From an uncultured Planctomycetia bacterium (GTDB taxonomy: Bacteria; Omnitrophota; Gorgyraeia; Duberdicusellales; 4484-171), in assembly GCA_964536865.1 (NCBI GenBank), contig CAZHYN010000014.1:11157-43156 (forward strand): a stretch of 32,000 nt of DNA. The letters are read 5' to 3'. Made by a program: the position numbers and the translations under genes. The notes under the pieces were generated by a model. It worked only from the letters and a program-made list of their open reading frames with translations, did no database searches and was not told where the DNA came from. Shown one piece after another: positions 27,727-32,000 of the stretch (within the stretch, counting starts at the first letter, position 1; each line of letters starts with the position of its first letter).

Positions 27727-29481
27727 TTACTTTAGGAATTTATAGTAACCTTCTTTTAATACATTTTTTACCTTCTCCTGAAGAAATTTCTCCACTTCTC
27801 GAGAAGTGGAGAAATTTAAAACTTCATCGGCAATTCTTTTTGCTTCTCGAAAAGAAAAACTTCTTATAATTTCTTTTACCCGAGGAATTCCTGGAGGAGG
27901 CATACTAAGTTCATCTAACTCAAACCCAATAAGAAGTATGGTAAAGAGGAATTCGCCTGCCATTTCTCCACACATCCCTACCCAAATTCTATTCTTATGA
28001 GCAGCTTCTACCACAATCTTGATAAGTCTTAATACTGCTGGATGGGAAGGCTCATAGAGATAAGCTACTTTTTCATCACCTCTATCTACCGCTAAAGAGT
28101 ATTGAATCAAATCATTCGTACCTATACTGAAAAAATCGCATTCTTTAGCTAACGTATCGGCAACTAAAGCTGCTGAAGGAACCTCAATCATCGCTCCCAC
28201 CGAAATATTTTCATTAAATTTTTTATTTTCTCTCCTCAATTCCTTTTTACACTCTTCTAACATTCTTTTAGCTTCCCTTAACTCCTCTACTCCTGAAATC
28301 ATAGGAAACATTATTTTAACATTCCCTTCATAAGACGATCTCAAAATTGCTTTTAATTGAACCTTAAATATCTCAGGATTAGCAAGACAAAATCTAATAG
28401 CTCTCCATCCCAAAAAAGGAGTCATCTCTCGGGGTACAGTAGGTTTAGAGAGGAATTTATCACCTCCGATATCTATAGTTCTTATAATCAATGAATGAGG
28501 TTTTACCTTTCTTGCTACATTAAGATAAGCTCGATACTGCTCTTCTTCTGAAGGGAGCTGAGTTCTTCCTAAGAAAATGTATTCTGTACGATAAAGACCA
28601 ATACCTTCTGCGCCGTAACTCTCCACCAGAGGAAGTTCTTCAGGTAACTCCACATTTGCAGAGATAATAATTCTCCTTCCGTCTTTAGTTTCTGCTTTTG
28701 CTAATTTAGGAAGATAGCTGGCTCTACTAATTCTCTCAAACTTTTCCATCCTCTTTTGATACTCTTTAATGACCTTCTCAGTAGGATTTATACAAATTAA
28801 CCCCTCAAAACCATCAACGATCAATGTTTCTCCTCCCCGAATGTGAAAAGTTGCTACTTCTGTACCTACTACTGCAGGAATACCTAAGCTTCTAGCAATA
28901 ATTGCGGTATGAGAAGTCCTTCCCCCAATATCAGTAACAAAACCTAAAATTTTATCTTTAGGGAGAGAGGCGGTATCGGTAGGAGAGAGATCATGTGCTA
29001 CTATAATAACTTTTTCTCTAAGTCTCTCTAGGGAAGGTACTTCTTTCTTTAACAGCTTCCTTAGGACTCTTTTACTTACATCTTCTATATCTAATGCCCT
29101 TTCTTTAAGATATTCATCATCTAACTTCCTCAAAGTATCAATATACTTTTTTACACTTTGAGAAAAGGCATATTCTACATTTACTTTCTTATTCTTAATC
29201 TGAGTAATTACATCCTCAATAAGCATTCTGTCTTCCAGAACTAACATATGAGCTTCAAAGATTCTAGCATGATCGTATCCCATCTCATTAGAGATTCTTT
29301 TTTGAAGAACACTTATTTCCTTCCTGGTATCAATAAGTGCTTCTTCTAAACGATATATCTCTCGAGAAACATCCTCGTGCTTAATTCTCCTTTTAGGAAT
29401 GATGAATTCCTCCTTACCTGTATAGAAGGCTTTACCTATAACTATCCCCCTTGAAGCAGCAATTCCTTTTACTTTAAACAT
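27727..29481 (-). CDS. ptsI: Phosphoenolpyruvate--protein phosphotransferase (PTS Enzyme I, no GAF domain)
   Basis: 584-aa ORF. The phospho-His region is GGRTSHTAIIARSLGIPAVVG. The PEP-utilizing C-terminal domain has GLYRTEY, GTNDLIQY and a GMCGEMAG-type motif. Confidence 0.9.
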   Translation of the reverse strand: MFKVKGIAASRGIVIGKAFYTGKEEFIIPKRRIKHEDVSREIYRLEEALIDTRKEISVLQKRISNEMGYDHARIFEAHMLVLEDRMLIEDVITQIKNKKVNVEYAFSQSVKKYIDTLRKLDDEYLKERALDIEDVSKRVLRKLLKKEVPSLERLREKVIIVAHDLSPTDTASLPKDKILGFVTDIGGRTSHTAIIARSLGIPAVVGTEVATFHIRGGETLIVDGFEGLICINPTEKVIKEYQKRMEKFERISRASYLPKLAKAETKDGRRIIISANVELPEELPLVESYGAEGIGLYRTEYIFLGRTQLPSEEEQYRAYLNVARKVKPHSLIIRTIDIGGDKFLSKPTVPREMTPFLGWRAIRFCLANPEIFKVQLKAILRSSYEGNVKIMFPMISGVEELREAKRMLEECKKELRRENKKFNENISVGAMIEVPSAALVADTLAKECDFFSIGTNDLIQYSLAVDRGDEKVAYLYEPSHPAVLRLIKIVVEAAHKNRIWVGMCGEMAGEFLFTILLIGFELDELSMPPPGIPRVKEIIRSFSFREAKRIADEVLNFSTSREVEKFLQEKVKNVLKEGYYKFLK

Positions 29482-29740
29482 TTTCCTTCTCCAAAAATCT
29501 CTTTAATTCTTCCCAAGCTTGATTAGCATCAGGTCCTTCTATAATCAGCCTTATCTTTGTTCCCTTATTAACTCCTAAACTTAAAATAGCAATTATAGAT
29601 TTGGCATCTACTACTTCTCTATCTTTTTCTATTTTTACCGTAGAATCATACCTGTTAGCAAGCTGAACAAATAAAGCTGCTGGCCGAGCATGTAAACCAT
29701 GAATATTATTTACTATTATTTCTTTCTCAATCTTTTCCAT
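29474..29740 (-). CDS. ptsH: Phosphocarrier protein HPr/NPr
   Basis: 88-aa ORF. The active-site His context is NIHGLHARPA. A Ser-46-like regulatory context is present (DAKSIIAILSLGV). It overlaps ptsI by 8 nt and the yvcK 3' end by 25 nt. Confidence 0.85.
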   Translation of the reverse strand: MEKIEKEIIVNNIHGLHARPAALFVQLANRYDSTVKIEKDREVVDAKSIIAILSLGVNKGTKIRLIIEGPDANQAWEELKRFLEKENV

Positions 29741-30972
29741 TTCCTTTTAAAGTATCCGTAGATACCCATTATTTCCCTAGCAGTTTTGTAAGGATCGTGC
29801 CTCAAATAATTTTCTCGACTTACCACATCCTTCTCAAATACTAAAATTCCCTTTTCCCTCAATTTGTATGTGTCAGGAATTACAGGGAAAGACTTCTCCT
29901 GAGAATAACGAAAAAGAAGATGAGGAGGAAGCCTTCCGCAATTTACTAGACAACAATTAACAATATTAGGATGCGTATGCATAATTAATTTTTCCCAATG
30001 GTCATAAGCAGTAAGACCATCTGTTTCACCATGTTGAGTCATTACATTACATATATATAACCTAAGGATATTTTCTCTTGAACATATAGCTTTAGTAATT
30101 TCTTCAATGAGAAGATTAGGAAGAATACTAGTAAATAAACTTCCCGGACCTAAGATTATCACTTCAGCCTCTCTTATTGCTTCTATAGCTTGAGGATTAG
30201 GTTTTGCATATTCAGGGATTATCCATACTCTCTTTATAGGTTTTTCCTCTTTAGGAATTTTATCTTCTCCCTCCTTAATAGAACCATCGAGATACTGAGC
30301 TTTCAATCTTACTCTATCTAGACTGGAAGGAATAACCTTCCCTTTTATAGCTAACACCTTACTAGATTCTTCTATTGCCTCTTCAAAGCTACCAGTTACT
30401 TCTGTAAGAGCAGTGATGAAAAGATTTCCAAAACTATGCCCTTTTATACCTTTCCCTTCTTCAAATCTATATTGAAATAGATCTCGCATAAGCTGAGGAG
30501 CTTCTGCTAATGATACTAAGCAGTTCCTTATATCCCCCGGAGGAAGAATGCCAAACTCTTCTCTTAATCTTCCTGAAGATCCTCCTTCATCAGCTACCGC
30601 TACGATAGCAGTAATGTTAGAAGTGTGTTCCTTCAAACCTTCCAAAATAGTAGAAAGACCAGTGCCTCCACCAATAGTTACTACCCTTGGTCCACGAGAA
30701 AGATATCTTTTTTCATAAATGATATCTATTAATTCTTTATTAGGACCAATTACCTCAAAGAAACTCCTAATTAAATATCTAATTCCTAAGGTAAATAAAA
30801 TCAAACCTAAGATAAACAATAGAGTATCTAAAATTTTCAGCATTAAAAGTGTATCGAGAAGAAATCTGGCTATAGAAATTGCTAGAAGAAACACTCCAGA
30901 ACTTAACAGTACTATCCATCTTTTTACTTTAAGACCGGGATAAAACCACTTTAAAAATTTTAATACCTTCAT
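29716..30972 (-). CDS. yvcK: YvcK/CofD-family protein (gluconeogenesis factor, UPF0052) with an N-terminal two-helix membrane anchor
   Basis: 418-aa ORF. About 90 N-terminal residues contain two hydrophobic helices. The YvcK core follows: VVTIGGGTGLSTILEGLK, VADEGGSSGRLR, PPGDIRNC and GPGSLFTSILPNLL. It forms an ATGA overlap with the ptsN stop. Confidence 0.85.
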   Translation of the reverse strand: MKVLKFLKWFYPGLKVKRWIVLLSSGVFLLAISIARFLLDTLLMLKILDTLLFILGLILFTLGIRYLIRSFFEVIGPNKELIDIIYEKRYLSRGPRVVTIGGGTGLSTILEGLKEHTSNITAIVAVADEGGSSGRLREEFGILPPGDIRNCLVSLAEAPQLMRDLFQYRFEEGKGIKGHSFGNLFITALTEVTGSFEEAIEESSKVLAIKGKVIPSSLDRVRLKAQYLDGSIKEGEDKIPKEEKPIKRVWIIPEYAKPNPQAIEAIREAEVIILGPGSLFTSILPNLLIEEITKAICSRENILRLYICNVMTQHGETDGLTAYDHWEKLIMHTHPNIVNCCLVNCGRLPPHLLFRYSQEKSFPVIPDTYKLREKGILVFEKDVVSRENYLRHDPYKTAREIMGIYGYFKRKWKRLRKK

Positions 30973-31445
30973 TGAATTAAAGAAGCTTGTTTCTTGACTA
31001 ACAAAAAAACTTCATCCTCAGTTTTTGCTTCCTTTAAATTCTCCACAAAGTACTTATCCCTTAAGATTCTTGCCAAGAGAGCTAACATCTTTAAATGTGT
31101 CCCTGCTTCCTTGTGATTAGAAAGAAGAAGAGCAACTACATATACAGTCCCCCCATCTAGAGAATCAAAATTGACTCCTCCGGAAGATATCCCTATGGAG
31201 AGAATTATATCATCTACAAATTCTAACCGTGCATGAGGAAGAGCTATTCCCCCTCCTATTCCAGTAGACCCCATCTCTTCTCTTTGGATTAAAGCCTTCA
31301 AGATTTCCTTCCTATACCTTTTATCTATTTTTTTTACACTGATAAGGTAATCTACAATATTAGAAAGCACCTTTTTTTTACTTTTACCTTTTAAATTTAA
31401 AATAATATTCTTTTTATCCAGATAATTGAGTAGATCTACTTGCAT
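30969..31445 (-). CDS. ptsN: PTS EIIA(Ntr)-type regulatory protein
   Basis: 158-aa ORF. The PTS_EIIA_2 pattern reads ...LKALIQREEMGSTGIGGGIALPHARL, containing the phosphorylatable His. No EIIB or EIIC gene is nearby. Confidence 0.8.
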   Translation of the reverse strand: MQVDLLNYLDKKNIILNLKGKSKKKVLSNIVDYLISVKKIDKRYRKEILKALIQREEMGSTGIGGGIALPHARLEFVDDIILSIGISSGGVNFDSLDGGTVYVVALLLSNHKEAGTHLKMLALLARILRDKYFVENLKEAKTEDEVFLLVKKQASLIQ

Positions 31446-31483
31446 ACTGTTGACAAATCTAAAAAATTAAAACAAATGAATAA

Positions 31484-31557
31484 AGCGGGCGAGGGGCTTT
31501 GAACCCCCGACCTTCACGTTGGCAACGTGACGCTCTAGCCAGCTGAGCTACGCCCGC
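31484..31557 (-). tRNA. tRNA-Gly (anticodon GCC)
   Basis: I folded the minus strand by hand as GCGGGCG-TA-GCTC-AGCTGGCTA-GAGC-G-TCACG-TTGCCAA-CGTGA-AGGTC-GGGGG-TTCAAAG-CCCCT-CGCCCGC-T. This is a full cloverleaf with a 7-nt anticodon loop carrying GCC. CCA is not encoded. Confidence 0.9.
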
Positions 31558-31747
31558 GTCGTCGCTTCACTCACTTCATTCGTCTCGCTCCTCAAGGGCG
31601 TCTTGCCCTTGACAGTCAGCTCGTAAGAGAAATCATAAAAGAGAAACTCGCCTCCTTGACACCCTGAAGCGTAATCAAAGAAGAGAAATAAAATTTTTAA
31701 CTCTTAACTCTACACTCTAAACTATCCACTTACTCACTTGCTATTTA

Positions 31748-31830
31748 TGCGGACGGGGAGAGTTGAACTCCCACCCCTTATCAGGACAGGATTCTAAGTC
31801 CTGCGCGTCTGCCAGTTCCGCCACGTCCGC
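31748..31830 (-). tRNA. tRNA-Leu (anticodon TAG), type II with long variable arm
   Basis: The minus strand reads GCGGACG-TG-GCG-GAACTGGCAGA-CGC-G-CAGGA-CTTAGAA-TCCTG-(long variable arm TCCTGATAAGGGGT)-GGGAG-TTCAACT-CTCCC-CGTCCGC-A. The acceptor, anticodon and T arms all pair. Confidence 0.9.
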
Positions 31831-31872
31831 ATTAGCTTCCACTTTCAACATTAACTTATCAAAAAGCAATTT
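31818..31872. repeat. Direct repeat copy 1: first 13 nt of tRNA-Leu plus 42 nt of its upstream leader
   Basis: ccgccacgtccgcattagcttccactttcaacattaacttatcaaaaagcaattt is identical base for base to 31946-32000. Confidence 0.9.
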
Positions 31873-31945
31873 AGTTTAATAAGTAATGCAAAGCAGATGC
31901 GGGAATGACTAATTTAAACTTGCTCTTAGTGAGCAAGAGTCATTA

Positions 31946-32000
31946 CCGCCACGTCCGCATTAGCTTCCACTTTCAACATTAACTTATCAAAAAGCAATTT
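31946..32000. repeat. Direct repeat copy 2 (truncated by the window end)
   Basis: This is the same 55-nt string as 31818-31872, offset by 128 nt. The match is still perfect at the last base of the window, so the true repeat length is unknown. Confidence 0.9.

Noticed and set aside
1194-30943. Ten plus-strand ORFs of 60-98 aa in the supplied track: 1194-1415, 5819-6025, 12612-12908, 13474-13692, 19032-19235, 19239-19481, 21991-22173, 24419-24619, 27806-28000 and 30719-30943.
   Set aside because: Each lies wholly antisense to a long minus-strand gene with clear family motifs. Their translations are low-complexity (Ser/Phe/Leu/Ile-rich mirrors of Lys/Glu-rich genes). They have no recognisable domains and no Shine-Dalgarno or promoter context. 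Antisense shadow ORFs are expected in AT-rich DNA.
31616-31657. A strong AAGGAGG (31657-31651) is followed by a 6-codon mini-ORF ATG-ATT-TCT-CTT-ACG-AGC-TGA (31636-31616) in the tRNA spacer. It could be a leader peptide.
   Set aside because: The 14-nt spacing between the Shine-Dalgarno and the ATG is too long. The peptide (MISLTS) has no regulatory-codon logic. It sits between two tRNA genes with no downstream CDS to attenuate. The purine-rich run is more plausibly part of RNA structure.
31450-31661. Three TTGACA hexamers lie on the plus strand (31450-31455, 31609-31614, 31656-31661), suggesting antisense or divergent promoters in the tRNA region.
   Set aside because: None has an acceptable -10 hexamer at 16-18 nt. 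The best case is CATAAA at 19 nt. There is no plus-strand gene or ORF downstream. Two of the three are explained as parts of the helices and repeats in the spacer.
31885-31958. The hairpin between the repeats could be read as a tRNA-like anticodon arm (CTTGCT / CACTAAG / AGCAAG) with anticodon CTA, i.e. an amber-suppressor-like tRNA sharing the tRNA-Leu 5' end.
   Set aside because: No D-arm partner, T-arm (no GTTC-like loop) or 3' acceptor strand complementary to GCGGACG follows. Position 33 would be A instead of the near-universal U. The alternative 7-bp stem with a 5-nt loop is more stable. It does not fold as a cloverleaf.
1-32000. I looked for CRISPR arrays, IS elements or transposases, integrases, prophage genes and toxin-antitoxin pairs.
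   Set aside because: There are no regularly spaced short repeats, no terminal inverted repeats flanking an ORF, and no ORF with DDE, tyrosine-recombinase or serine-recombinase motifs. There are also no small paired ORFs. The only repeat found is the 55-bp tRNA-Leu-associated duplication, reported separately.

Overview
This is an AT-rich bacterial chromosomal window (roughly one-third G+C by eye). Every credible gene lies on the minus strand: 28 protein genes, 2 decayed genes and 2 tRNAs. They are packed with tiny gaps or ATGA-type overlaps.

The content is mostly housekeeping. In transcription order (high to low coordinates):
- tRNA-Leu(TAG) and tRNA-Gly(GCC)
- a permease-less PTS regulatory cluster (ptsN, yvcK, ptsH, ptsI) followed by a sugar-phosphate nucleotidyltransferase
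- an aromatic amino-acid cluster (pheA, hisC-like, DAHP synthase, tyrA)
- cmk, lepA, lepB, a small lipoprotein, pgsA, plsY
- recA, htrA, recX, alaS
- hisD, hisB, hisA
- a short accessory-looking stretch: an outer-membrane-protein remnant, a GroES-like gene, a radical SAM gene, a PilZ gene and a frame-disrupted DUF362/4Fe-4S gene
- addA, addB
- a 3'-truncated APC permease whose visible tail looks like the start of a PTS EIIA domain

The proteins are Lys/Glu/Ile-rich and the tRNAs are GC-rich. An OMP beta-signal, a lipobox and HtrA point to a diderm bacterium, possibly thermophilic or streamlined. I cannot assign a taxon.

I see no CRISPR array, transposase, integrase, toxin-antitoxin pair or recognisable defence island, and no convincing novel multi-gene system. 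The most unusual signals are:
1. A perfect 55-bp duplication of the tRNA-Leu 5' end plus its leader, which runs off the window end and flanks a 73-nt hairpin-forming segment.
2. A GC-rich, helix-closed spacer between the two tRNAs.
3. Two decayed genes embedded in otherwise tightly coupled operons.
4. The PTS/YvcK/nucleotidyltransferase grouping, together with the permease-EIIA fusion.

All ten plus-strand ORFs in the supplied track are rejected as antisense shadows.
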